From the NCBI GenBank assembly GCA_007131435.1, contig SLQM01000210.1, positions 1 to 34,169 of the forward strand: a DNA stretch of 34,169 nt, in the 5' to 3' direction. Shown in pieces: positions 17,495-25,377 of this stretch. The notes below the pieces were generated by a model. That model was not told the origin of the DNA. It saw nothing but the letters and a program-made list of their open reading frames with translations, and searched no databases. Position numbers and translations under genes: made by a program. Each line of letters begins with the position of its first letter. The stretch's first letter is position 1. This DNA is from Syntrophomonadaceae bacterium. Lineage in GTDB: Bacteria; Bacillota; Dethiobacteria; DTU022.

Positions 17495-18391
17495 GTGAAA
17501 AAAGGCCTTATTTTTAACATTCAACGATACTCACTGCATGACGGTCCCGGAATCAGGACCACGGTATTTTTTAAAGGCTGCCCTTTAAAGTGCCAATGGT
17601 GTCAAAACCCTGAAGGAATTGATACTGACGTTGAACTGTTCAGGCACAATCAAAAATGTATTCACTGTGGTTCTTGTATGACTCATTGCCATGAAAAAGC
17701 AATTGACCTTACTGACAGCGGCCCCCTGGTAAACCGTCAGGCCTGTAATCGCTGCATGGAGTGTGTGGATATCTGCCCCACTGGCACGTTAGAAATGGCG
17801 GGAAAAGAATACAGTGTAAATGAAGTTGTTCAGGCAGCGTTAAAGGATATTCTTATCTATGAAGAATCGGGGGGAGGAGTAACCATATCTGGTGGTGAAC
17901 CCCTCCTGCAATATGAATTTCTATTAGAACTTCTGTTAGCTCTAAAAAAGCTGAATATCCACACTGCCATTGAAACAAGCGGCTACTGCAGTTGGGAAAA
18001 AATAAAAGAGATCAGCAAGATTACTGATTTGATATATTATGATTTAAAATTAATAGATGATAATTCCAGCAGGATATTTACCGGAGCCTCAAATATTTTA
18101 ATTATGGATAACCTGGAACGTTTAGTAATAAGCGGAGCTAATATCGTGGTTAGAATGCCGCTTATACCATCCGTTAATGACACCCGGGATAATATTGAAC
18201 ATACTGCCGGGTATTTAAGTTCAATCGGTGTTAAATGCATTGAACTTCTTCCTTACCACAATTTAGGCAGTGTAAAGTATGAAGGGCTTGATTTAGAATG
18301 CCCTTTTAATTACAGGCCCAACAGTGAACTTATTCGTCAAGCTTCTGTAATATTCGAAGCGAATGGAATATATATAACAAGCGAGGGATAA
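17495..18391 (+). CDS. Glycyl-radical enzyme activating enzyme (radical SAM), HypD activase
   Basis: The N-terminus reads IFNIQRYSLHDGPGIRTTVFFKGCPLKCQWCQNPE (CX3CX2C). Two extra Cys clusters (CIHCGSCMTHC, CNRCMECVDICP) and the GGGVTISGGEPL block are present. The start is GTG, after GAGGTG. Confidence 0.92.
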   Translation: MKKGLIFNIQRYSLHDGPGIRTTVFFKGCPLKCQWCQNPEGIDTDVELFRHNQKCIHCGSCMTHCHEKAIDLTDSGPLVNRQACNRCMECVDICPTGTLEMAGKEYSVNEVVQAALKDILIYEESGGGVTISGGEPLLQYEFLLELLLALKKLNIHTAIETSGYCSWEKIKEISKITDLIYYDLKLIDDNSSRIFTGASNILIMDNLERLVISGANIVVRMPLIPSVNDTRDNIEHTAGYLSSIGVKCIELLPYHNLGSVKYEGLDLECPFNYRPNSELIRQASVIFEANGIYITSEG

Positions 18392-18394
18392 CTT

Positions 18395-20776
18395 ATGGTC
18401 GTTGCTGAGAGAGGTATAACTGAGCGAGTAAAAAAATTACGGCATCAGAGCGAGAATACTGCCCCATCAATTACAATAGAAAGAGCCCAACTGGTAACGG
18501 AAGCATACCGTGAAAATGCTGATTCAGTTTCTGCGCCCGTATTGCGTGCACTAACTTTTAAGCATCTAATGGAGAATAAAGCTGTTTGCATCAATGAAGG
18601 GGAATTGATCGTGGGCGAGAGGGGACCAAAACCTCAATCTGCACCAACTTATCCCGAACTGTGCTGCCATACTGTAGAAGATCTTGATTTAATAAGTAAG
18701 CGAAATAAAATTGCTTTCCAGGTAAGCGATGAAGTGAAGAATGCGCAGGAAAAAGAGATAATTCCTTTCTGGAAAGGGCGTTCCATGCGTGATAAAATTT
18801 TTAAACGCATGAATAACAATTGGCATGCCTGTTATAAAGCTGGAATATTTACCGAATTCATGGAACAACGGGCGCCAGGCCATACAGTGGCCGGGGATAA
18901 AATATACAAGCTGGGCATGCTCGATATTAAAGAAGAGATCAATGCTGAGCTTCTGGCTATGGATTATACAAACGACCAGGATGCTTATGCCAAAGCTGAG
19001 CAGCTTAAGGCTATGGCAATTTGTGCTGATGCATTAATCACCTATGCCCGCAGACATGCCGTAAGGGCAAGAGAAATGGCCGCTGTCGAAAGTTCTGCAG
19101 AAAGAACAAGGGAACTTGAGCAGATTGCTACAATTTGTGATCGCGTTCCCGCTGCTGCACCGGAAACTTTATGGGAAGCATTGCAGTATTACTGGTTTGT
19201 TCACCTGGGGGTAATAACTGAGCTTAATACGTGGGATGCATTTTGCCCTGGCAGGCTTGATCAACATTTAGAGCCCTTCTATCAGAAAGATTTAAAAGAA
19301 AGCAGGCTCACAACATATTCTGCTAAAGAGCTGTTGCAGTGTTTTTGGATTAAATTCAATAACCAGCCGGCGCCACCTAAAGTTGGCATTACTTTGAAAG
19401 AGAGCGGTACTTACACGGATTTTGCTAATATCAACCTTGGCGGATTACGCCCCGATGGTAAAGACGGCGCAAATGATGTCACTTACCTTCTCCTTGAAGT
19501 TATTGATGAAATGCGACTCTTGCAGCCCAGCTCCAATATCCAGGTCAGCAAAAAGAACCCCGATCTGTTTATTAAGAAAGCAGCGCATATTATCCGGAAG
19601 GGTTGGGGGCAACCATCTGTTTTTAATGTAGAAGCAGTAATTATTGAGCTATTACGGCAGGGTAAAACACTTGTTGACGCCCGCAGCGGTGGAACCAGCG
19701 GTTGTGTTGAAACTGGTGCGTTCGGTAAAGAAAGTTATATACTAACCGGTTATTTTAACCTGACCAAGGTTTTGGAAATCACCCTGAATAACGGGGTTAA
19801 CCCGGCAGATGGAACTCTGCTTGGCATTGAAACAGGCAACCCAAGATATTTTAAAAACTTTGATCAACTGCTATCAGCGTTTGAGAGGCAGTTGAACTAC
19901 TTTATTAATATTAAAATAGAAGGAAATCAAATTATTGAAAAGCTTTATGCAGATCAAATGCCTGCGCCTTTCCTATCGTTAATCATTGATGATTGCATAA
20001 AAAATGCCAGGGATTACAATGCAGGCGGAGCGCGCTACAACACAAACTATATCCAGGGTGTGGGTATAGGAACAATTACAGATTGCCTCTCAGCAATTAA
20101 ATATCATATTTATGACCAAAAAAGGTTTAACTGGGATGAAATGATGTACTGTTTAGATAAGAACTTTGCTGCTAACGAAGTTATGCGGCAGATTTTATTA
20201 AATAAAACACCCCGTTACGGTAATGATGATGATTATGCAGATTCTATTATGCAGCAGGTATTTAAAATCTTTCATGGACTTATTGATGGGCGCAAATCAA
20301 TTAGGGGCGGCACTTATCGTATAAATATGCTTCCTACTACCTGCCATGTTTATTTTGGGTCGGTTATTGGAGCAACTCCGGACGGTAGATTTGCAGGCAA
20401 ACCACTTTCTGAAGGTATTTCACCGGTCCAGGGGGCCGACTTTAAAGGACCTACTGCTGTAATAAAATCTGCTTCGAAGATGGACCACCTTCTAACCGGC
20501 GGTACACTGCTTAACCTTAAATTTTCTCCCGCCGTTCTTGAAGGGGAGAAAGGGCTTAACAGCCTTGTGCATTTAATCAGGAGTTACTTCAGGATGGATG
20601 GACATCATATCCAGTTTAACGTGGTAGATGCTGATACTTTAAGAAAGGCACAAAATAATCCTGAAGAGTACCGCAACTTAATTGTGAGGGTAGCCGGTTA
20701 CAGTGATTATTTCAGCAATCTTAACGAGGAGCTACAAAATGAAATAATAGCTAGAACTGCTCATGCTAAATTGTAG
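18395..20776 (+). CDS. hypD: trans-4-hydroxy-L-proline dehydratase (glycyl radical enzyme HypD)
   Basis: Long blocks match my recollection of Clostridioides difficile HypD (FTEFMEQRAPGHTV, NTWDAFCPGRLDQH, FNNQPAPPKVGITLKESGTYTDFANI, GGTSGCVETGAFGKESYILTGY, MLPTTCHVYFG, DGHHIQFNV). The Gly-radical motif LIVRVAGYSDYF has its Gly at codon 768. Cys437 and Glu439 are offset by +3 from the C. difficile numbering. Confidence 0.92.
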   Translation: MVVAERGITERVKKLRHQSENTAPSITIERAQLVTEAYRENADSVSAPVLRALTFKHLMENKAVCINEGELIVGERGPKPQSAPTYPELCCHTVEDLDLISKRNKIAFQVSDEVKNAQEKEIIPFWKGRSMRDKIFKRMNNNWHACYKAGIFTEFMEQRAPGHTVAGDKIYKLGMLDIKEEINAELLAMDYTNDQDAYAKAEQLKAMAICADALITYARRHAVRAREMAAVESSAERTRELEQIATICDRVPAAAPETLWEALQYYWFVHLGVITELNTWDAFCPGRLDQHLEPFYQKDLKESRLTTYSAKELLQCFWIKFNNQPAPPKVGITLKESGTYTDFANINLGGLRPDGKDGANDVTYLLLEVIDEMRLLQPSSNIQVSKKNPDLFIKKAAHIIRKGWGQPSVFNVEAVIIELLRQGKTLVDARSGGTSGCVETGAFGKESYILTGYFNLTKVLEITLNNGVNPADGTLLGIETGNPRYFKNFDQLLSAFERQLNYFINIKIEGNQIIEKLYADQMPAPFLSLIIDDCIKNARDYNAGGARYNTNYIQGVGIGTITDCLSAIKYHIYDQKRFNWDEMMYCLDKNFAANEVMRQILLNKTPRYGNDDDYADSIMQQVFKIFHGLIDGRKSIRGGTYRINMLPTTCHVYFGSVIGATPDGRFAGKPLSEGISPVQGADFKGPTAVIKSASKMDHLLTGGTLLNLKFSPAVLEGEKGLNSLVHLIRSYFRMDGHHIQFNVVDADTLRKAQNNPEEYRNLIVRVAGYSDYFSNLNEELQNEIIARTAHAKL

Positions 20777-20822
20777 TTATTTAAATATTTAACTTAAAAT
20801 TTGCATACAATTATTTAAATAA
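20777..20822. repeat. Two copies of TTATTTAAATA, 34 nt apart, that can form an AU-only 11-bp hairpin; possible weak hypD terminator or protein-binding site
   Basis: Copy 1 lies at 20777-20787 and copy 2 at 20811-20821. The core ATTTAAAT is self-complementary, so 20777-20787 can pair with 20812-20822. AAGATTTTT follows. Confidence 0.3.
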
Positions 20823-20856
20823 AAGATTTTTAGAAGCATACGAGGGGTTATTGAGA

Positions 20857-20885
20857 TTGACAACCAGGTGTAAATAACATAAAAT
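20857..20885 (+). promoter_or_regulatory. Sigma-A type promoter of tRNA-Trp
   Basis: TTGACA (20857-20862), a 17-nt spacer and TAAAAT (20880-20885). The tRNA 5' end lies about 10 nt downstream. Confidence 0.7.
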
Positions 20886-20895
20886 AGCACTGAAA

Positions 20896-20971
20896 AGGGG
20901 AGTAGCTCAACTGGCAGAGCGGCGGTCTCCAAAACCGTAGGCTGCGGGTTCAAGTCCTGTCTCCCCTGCCA
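20896..20971 (+). tRNA. trnW: tRNA-Trp (anticodon CCA), with a genome-encoded 3' CCA
   Basis: The hand-folded cloverleaf has acceptor AGGGGAG/CTCCCCT, D arm GCTC-AACTGGCA-GAGC and anticodon stem GCGGT/ACCGT with loop CTCCAAA. The T arm is GCGGG-TTCAAGT-CCTGT. Discriminator G and CCA occupy 20968-20971, giving 76 nt in total. Confidence 0.9.
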
Positions 20972-20980
20972 TTGATCAAT

Positions 20981-21020
20981 ATGAGATGCTGCAATAAACT
21001 CGCAGCATCTCATTTAAATA
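20981..21020 (+). terminator. Rho-independent terminator after tRNA-Trp
   Basis: ATGAGATGCTGC (20981-20992) pairs perfectly with GCAGCATCTCAT (21002-21013) across a 9-nt loop. TTAAATAT follows. Confidence 0.75.
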
Positions 21021-21277
21021 TGAAATAAAACTTGAAATGCAAAGCCTGGTGGCCGGGTAAAACAATTTGGGCTTAAAAGAATTAGCTTCGAAAAATATAT
21101 TTAATTGCAGTTCTTATAATGTTGGAATATCTAATAAAGTGTTATAAAATATAGAAAGAAAATAGAGAACCACTTAATTGATAATTAAGCTGAACTCAAA
21201 TGCTGCTGGCCGGATTGCAATTGATGCTGCCGGCCTGATTAATGTGGGCATAATAATATAAAGGGAGTGGCTTTTAA

Positions 21278-22468
21278 ATGTCTTCTACAAAAAATATTCT
21301 TGAATTGACAGAAAAACACAGTGCGAGAAATTATATGCCTTTGCCGGTTGTGCTTTCGCATGGTCAAGGTGTTTGGGTTACAGATCCTGAGGGCAACCGC
21401 TACATGGACATGCTTAGCGCTTATTCCGCAATGAATTTCGGCCACCGTCATCCAAGGATTATTGCAGCGCTCAAAAAACAAGCTGACAAAATGACTGTTA
21501 CTTCCAGGGCTTTTCACAACGACCAACTGGGAGAGTTTTGTCAAAAATTATCTGACATGACCGGTAAAGAAATGGTTTTACCAATGAATACAGGCGCTGA
21601 AGCGGTAGAGACTGCTATCAAAGCGGTTCGACGTTGGGCTTACAGGAATAAAGGCATACCAGCAGATCAGGCAGAAATTATTGTTTGTAAAGGTAACTTC
21701 CATGGCAGAACTATTACAATTGTTTCCTTCACTTCAGATACAGCTTACAAGTCTGATTTTGGGCCATTTACACCCGGCTTTAAATTAATAGAATATGGCA
21801 ATATTGAGGCCCTGAGAGAAGCAATTACTCCAAACACAGCAGCATTTTTAGTGGAACCGATCCAGGGCGAGGGAGGTATTATTATTCCTCCGAAAGGCTA
21901 TTTGAAAGAGGCTTATACTTTATGTCACGATAATAATGTAATTTTTATGGCTGACGAAATACAGACCGGATTCGGCCGTACAGGTAAAATGTTTGCCTGT
22001 GACTGGGAAGATGTAACACCTGATATTTATATTCTCGGCAAAGCGTTAGGTGGTGGCGTAATACCAATTTCAGCTGTAACTGCTGACGAGGAAATACTGG
22101 GTGTTTTTGAGCCTGGTTCCCATGGTTCGACATTTGGAGGCAATCCTTTGGCCTGTGCAGTTTCGATTGAAGCAATGAATGTTTTGGTAGAAGAAAAACT
22201 TGTTGAAAAATCTGCCAAACTTGGCTCCTATTTTGTCGAACAGTTAAAAACTATAAATAACCCTGTTATAACTGAAGTCAGGGGCAAAGGCCTGATGGTG
22301 GGAATAGAACTAAAAGGAAAAGCCAGGCCCTATTGTGAAAAATTAATGGAATTAGGCGTCCTGGCCAAAGAAACTCATGAAAATGTTATTCGACTTGCAC
22401 CACCACTTGTTATTAGCAGTGAAGATTTGGAAAAAGCCCTTACCTTAATTAGGGCGGTTTTTGAATGA
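21278..22468 (+). CDS. rocD: Ornithine--oxo-acid aminotransferase (ornithine delta-aminotransferase)
   Basis: The protein is near-collinear with my recollection of Bacillus subtilis RocD ([95 protein letters not shown]). An AAGGGAG RBS is present. Confidence 0.93.
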   Translation: MSSTKNILELTEKHSARNYMPLPVVLSHGQGVWVTDPEGNRYMDMLSAYSAMNFGHRHPRIIAALKKQADKMTVTSRAFHNDQLGEFCQKLSDMTGKEMVLPMNTGAEAVETAIKAVRRWAYRNKGIPADQAEIIVCKGNFHGRTITIVSFTSDTAYKSDFGPFTPGFKLIEYGNIEALREAITPNTAAFLVEPIQGEGGIIIPPKGYLKEAYTLCHDNNVIFMADEIQTGFGRTGKMFACDWEDVTPDIYILGKALGGGVIPISAVTADEEILGVFEPGSHGSTFGGNPLACAVSIEAMNVLVEEKLVEKSAKLGSYFVEQLKTINNPVITEVRGKGLMVGIELKGKARPYCEKLMELGVLAKETHENVIRLAPPLVISSEDLEKALTLIRAVFE

Positions 22469-22502
22469 ACTAAACTAAATTAAAAAAATATTACAAAATG
22501 TA

Positions 22503-22531
22503 TTGACAAGTCTAAATAGATGATCAATAAT
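22503..22531 (+). promoter_or_regulatory. Candidate promoter for the structured intergenic RNA
   Basis: TTGACA (22503-22508), a 17-nt spacer and AATAAT (22526-22531). The predicted start site lies a few nt before the 5' arm of the closing helix at 22539. Confidence 0.45.
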
Positions 22532-22538
22532 ACCTTTA

Positions 22539-22825
22539 CCAGGTTCCGAGAGACTGGACTACAAGCCGGATTTGCATCAACGGGTAAACCGAAGTGGAGG
22601 AAGGGCTTACCGAAATCCGTGTAAGGATTATCCCGGGTGGCAAATCGCAAAAGGGCAAGATTTGGAAGGACCCCAGGGTTTGGAAAAATTGAGCCCGGAT
22701 GAACGGGGATTAGTAGCGATCTGGAGGTTGAGTGAAGGCCATCCGGAGGTGGTGGTGGAAGCTCAGCTGTAGATGGAGTCGTGAAGAAGTTCCGTTGGCG
22801 AGTGGAAAGGCCTGTTGGAACCTGG
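22539..22825 (+). ncRNA. Unassigned structured RNA of about 290 nt (G-rich and GGA-rich, closed by a terminal helix); class unknown and strand tentative
   Basis: CCAGGTTCC (22539-22547) pairs with GGAACCTGG (22817-22825). Internal helices include CGGATTT (22567-22573) with AAATCCG (22613-22619), and CAAATC (22641-22646) with GATTTG (22659-22664). A third, GGTTGAG (22726-22732) with CTCAGCT (22762-22768), contains G.U pairs that would be C.A mismatches on the minus strand. The segment is GC-richer than the flanking AT-rich spacer, and no credible ORF lies inside it. Confidence 0.45.
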
Positions 22826-22868
22826 ATTTATTATGTACAATTATAAATGCTTTATTAATAGCGGTTAA

Positions 22869-22897
22869 TTGACACTGAATACCTGTCAGTGTATAAT
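22869..22897 (+). promoter_or_regulatory. Consensus sigma-A promoter of the NuoEF-like/dehydrogenase operon, with an embedded inverted repeat (candidate operator)
   Basis: TTGACA (22869-22874), exactly 17 nt, then TATAAT (22892-22897). The arms ACACTGA (22872-22878) and TCAGTGT (22886-22892) form a perfect 7-bp inverted repeat separated by 7 nt, overlapping both hexamers. Confidence 0.75.
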
Positions 22898-22973
22898 TTT
22901 AAAGGTGTGAAATTGCTATCTATATTAAATAACAGATGACGGTTGACTCCTAAAAAACTGACGGGAACTGGTA

Positions 22974-25358
22974 ATGGCAAAAACAGAACTTATTGAATCA
23001 ATAATCAGTCGGCACAATTTTGACACTGCAAACCTGATTATGATTTTACAGGATACGCAGGAAGTTTTTAACTACTTACCACCGGATGCTTTAGAATATA
23101 TTTCAAACAGATTGGAAATCCCCAAGTCACAAATATATTCAATAGCTACATTTTTTAAGTCATTCTCCTTAACACCCCGGGGAAAGCACAAAATAGATAT
23201 ATGTGAAGGCACTGCCTGTCATATCAGGGGTGCCTCTCTTTTGTTAAGCTCCGTTACGGAGGAGTTTAACATTAAAGAGGGGGAAACTTCCCCCGATGGT
23301 TTGTTTTCCTTAAATTCTGTGCACTGTGTGGGCGCTTGCGCTATGGGTCCTGTAGCAATCATTGATGGCGAGTATCATGGTAATATAACTTCTTCCAGCC
23401 TGGTTAAAAAAATAAAACAATGCTGCGCCGAAGAACATTGCGTTGAAAATAAATCGAAGCAATTATCCAGCCAGGAAGTGGTACCAGAAAACAGGGATCT
23501 GCTAACCGGGGTAAAAAGTTTTGATGACTATAACAAGCTTAGAGAAAAGTTGACAGCAAAGTATAAAGCAATAAATAACAGGATCCTGGTTTGTACCGGA
23601 ACAGGTTGCCTGGCAAAGGGAAGTATCAAGGTGGCTCATGCCCTGACCAGGGAACTTGATAGTAAAAATTTTAATATTCCGGTTCATATCGGGGTAAAAA
23701 AAGTTGGCTGTCACGGATTATGTGAGCAGGGACCGCTAGTAATCATACATCCTGAAAATATTTGCTACACAAAGGTCAATGAAAAAGATGTTAAAGAAAT
23801 TATTGAAGAAACTTACATTAACAAAACAGTTGTTGAAAGACTCTTATATCGAGATTCAGCCGATTCACCGGCGATTGAAAAATACACTGATATACCATTT
23901 TATTCCAGCCAGGTGAAAATTGCCCTACGTAACGTGGGGGAAATTGATCCTGCAAACATTGCTGACTACATAGCTTGTGGAGGATACGGCGCTCTAAAAA
24001 AAGTTTTACAGGATATGCAACCCGAAGCCGTAATTGACAAAATTGACAAGTCCGGCCTGAGGGGCAGGGGTGGAGGCGGTTTCCCGGCAGGTAAAAAATG
24101 GCGAACTGCTGCTGCAGTAAATTCTGATCTAAGATATGTGATCTGCAACGGTGATGAGGGAGACCCCGGTGCCTTTATGGATTGCAGCATAATGGAAGGT
24201 GATCCACATGCTGTTCTGGAAGGTATGGCAATATGTGCATACGCCATCAGGGCAGAGCAGGGATACATATATGTTCGTGAAGAATACCCCCGTGCATTAA
24301 TCCGCATGCAGCAGGCAATTGAACAGGCACTGGAAAGTGGTTTCCTGGGCGACAATCTATTTGGCACAGATTTTTCTTTTAAAGTAAAGATAAATAGGGG
24401 TGCAGGAGCTTTTGTTTGCGGTGAATCAACTGCCTTAATGCAATCTGTAGAGGGTAAAGTAGGAGAGCCAAGGGCAAAATATATCAGGTCAGCAGAGCGG
24501 GGGCTTTACGATAAGCCTACAGTGCTTAATAATGTTGAAACATTTGCAAATGTCCCCATTATAATAGATAAAGGTGTACAGTGGTTTAGAAGCTACGGAT
24601 CTGACAACAGTAAAGGAACCAAAGTTTTTTCTGTTGTCGGTAAAGTAAAAAATACCGGCCTTGTTGAAGTGCCGATGGGCACAACGTTAAGAAATATTAT
24701 TTATGATATTTGTGGAGGCATTATTGATGGTGGAAGATTTAAGGCCGTGCAAACAGGAGGCCCTTCAGGAGGCTGCCTGCCGGCTGAAAAACTTGATCTA
24801 CCTGTTGATTTCGACAGCCTGACCCGGGAAGGTTCGATGATGGGTTCCGGCGGGATGATCGTTATGGACGAACACACCTGCATGGTAGATGTGGCTAGAT
24901 ATTTTACTGATTTTTTGACCAGTGAATCCTGTGGCAAATGCGCCGCCTGTCGACTTGGGCTTGAACAAGTCCATGCTATCCTCGATCGTATCTGCAAGGG
25001 AAAAGGTGTTGCAGGTGACCTTGATAATATAGAAAAACTACTGCACACATTACAGCACGGATCTTTATGCGGCCTGGGAAAATCGGCGCCCAATCCGGTT
25101 CGGAGCACATTGGACCATTTTAAAGATGAATACATAGCACATATTGAAGAGAAAAAATGTCCTGCCGGTGTATGTCGCGAGTTAATTTCTTATAAAATAG
25201 AAGATAGCTGTACAGGCTGCCGGAGATGTGCCAGATCATGCCCCCAGGGTGCAATTAGTGGCGAGAAGAAATTGTTGCATATTATAGACCAGGATTTATG
25301 CAACCGCTGCGGCATCTGCATAACTCTGTGTAATTTTGATGCTATAACAGTTGATTAA
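22974..25358 (+). CDS. Fused NuoE-like/NuoF-like NADH-binding flavoprotein (HydC+HydB-like, BfuBC-type) with a C-terminal 2x[4Fe-4S] ferredoxin domain
   Basis: A NuoE-type [2Fe-2S] domain is present (CEGTACHIRGA ... CVGACAMGP), followed by a second thioredoxin-like [2Fe-2S] domain (VCTGTGCLAKG ... GCHGLCEQGP). NuoF FMN and NADH motifs follow (GLRGRGGGGFPAGKKW, CNGDEGDPGAFMD), then the N3 cluster motif ESCGKCAACRLG. The C-terminus carries CTGCRRCARSCPQGAI and CNRCGICITLCNFDAI. Confidence 0.88.
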   Translation: MAKTELIESIISRHNFDTANLIMILQDTQEVFNYLPPDALEYISNRLEIPKSQIYSIATFFKSFSLTPRGKHKIDICEGTACHIRGASLLLSSVTEEFNIKEGETSPDGLFSLNSVHCVGACAMGPVAIIDGEYHGNITSSSLVKKIKQCCAEEHCVENKSKQLSSQEVVPENRDLLTGVKSFDDYNKLREKLTAKYKAINNRILVCTGTGCLAKGSIKVAHALTRELDSKNFNIPVHIGVKKVGCHGLCEQGPLVIIHPENICYTKVNEKDVKEIIEETYINKTVVERLLYRDSADSPAIEKYTDIPFYSSQVKIALRNVGEIDPANIADYIACGGYGALKKVLQDMQPEAVIDKIDKSGLRGRGGGGFPAGKKWRTAAAVNSDLRYVICNGDEGDPGAFMDCSIMEGDPHAVLEGMAICAYAIRAEQGYIYVREEYPRALIRMQQAIEQALESGFLGDNLFGTDFSFKVKINRGAGAFVCGESTALMQSVEGKVGEPRAKYIRSAERGLYDKPTVLNNVETFANVPIIIDKGVQWFRSYGSDNSKGTKVFSVVGKVKNTGLVEVPMGTTLRNIIYDICGGIIDGGRFKAVQTGGPSGGCLPAEKLDLPVDFDSLTREGSMMGSGGMIVMDEHTCMVDVARYFTDFLTSESCGKCAACRLGLEQVHAILDRICKGKGVAGDLDNIEKLLHTLQHGSLCGLGKSAPNPVRSTLDHFKDEYIAHIEEKKCPAGVCRELISYKIEDSCTGCRRCARSCPQGAISGEKKLLHIIDQDLCNRCGICITLCNFDAITVD

Positions 25359-25377
25359 TAAATTGGAAGGACCACAT

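Noticed and set aside
20789-21013. A 74-aa minus-strand ORF.
   Set aside because: It is the reverse complement of tRNA-Trp plus its promoter and terminator, so it is an artefact.
21195-21240. A near-repeat ATGCTGCTGGCCGG / ATGCTGCCGGCC with a GGCCGG/CCGGCC stem and a central CAATTG, just upstream of rocD.
   Set aside because: The stem is short (6 bp), the repeat is imperfect and there is no clear relation to a promoter. It could be a regulator site, but the evidence is too thin to list as a feature.
21239-21544. A 101-aa minus-strand ORF overlapping the rocD start.
   Set aside because: It lies antisense to the highly conserved rocD N-terminus and has no RBS or motifs.
22572-22772. A 66-aa ORF (MHQRVNRSGG...) inside the structured intergenic region.
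   Set aside because: It has no SD sequence and an arbitrary composition driven by the G-rich sequence. It sits inside a region better explained by RNA helices, so it was kept only as part of the ncRNA candidate.
22539-22825. Possible T-box, glycine, cobalamin or other known riboswitch, or SRP, 6S, RNase P or tmRNA.
   Set aside because: There are fragmentary resemblances only:
- CGGGTGGCAAATCGC versus the T-box core GGGTGGTACCGCG;
- ACCGAAG and GAGAGAC versus the glycine-riboswitch cores;
- GGTGGCAAATC and AGCCCGGATGAAC versus the cobalamin elements.

In each case the conserved core is incomplete, wrongly positioned, or lacks the partner elements and a terminator. From memory alone I cannot exclude raiA-type or other large Firmicute RNA classes, so the element is reported as unassigned.
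22826-22868. A minus-strand promoter-like element (TTAACC-17-TATAAT on the reverse strand) that could drive the structured RNA from the opposite strand.
   Set aside because: The proposed internal helices use G.U pairs that become C.A mismatches on the minus strand, and the minus-strand RNA would be C-rich and G-poor. The + strand is favoured, but the strand remains unproven, as noted in the finding.
22732-22872. A 46-codon ORF with a GTG start 4 nt after GGAGG. It contains three consecutive Trp codons (RRWWWK) and five Trp in total, which is reminiscent of an attenuation leader peptide, and tRNA-Trp lies nearby.
   Set aside because: The TGG run is simply a GGTGGTGGTGG repeat that reads Val-Val-Val or Gly-Gly-Gly in the other frames. 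The SD spacing is too short. The downstream genes have nothing to do with tryptophan. The ORF runs across the next promoter. This is probably coincidence.
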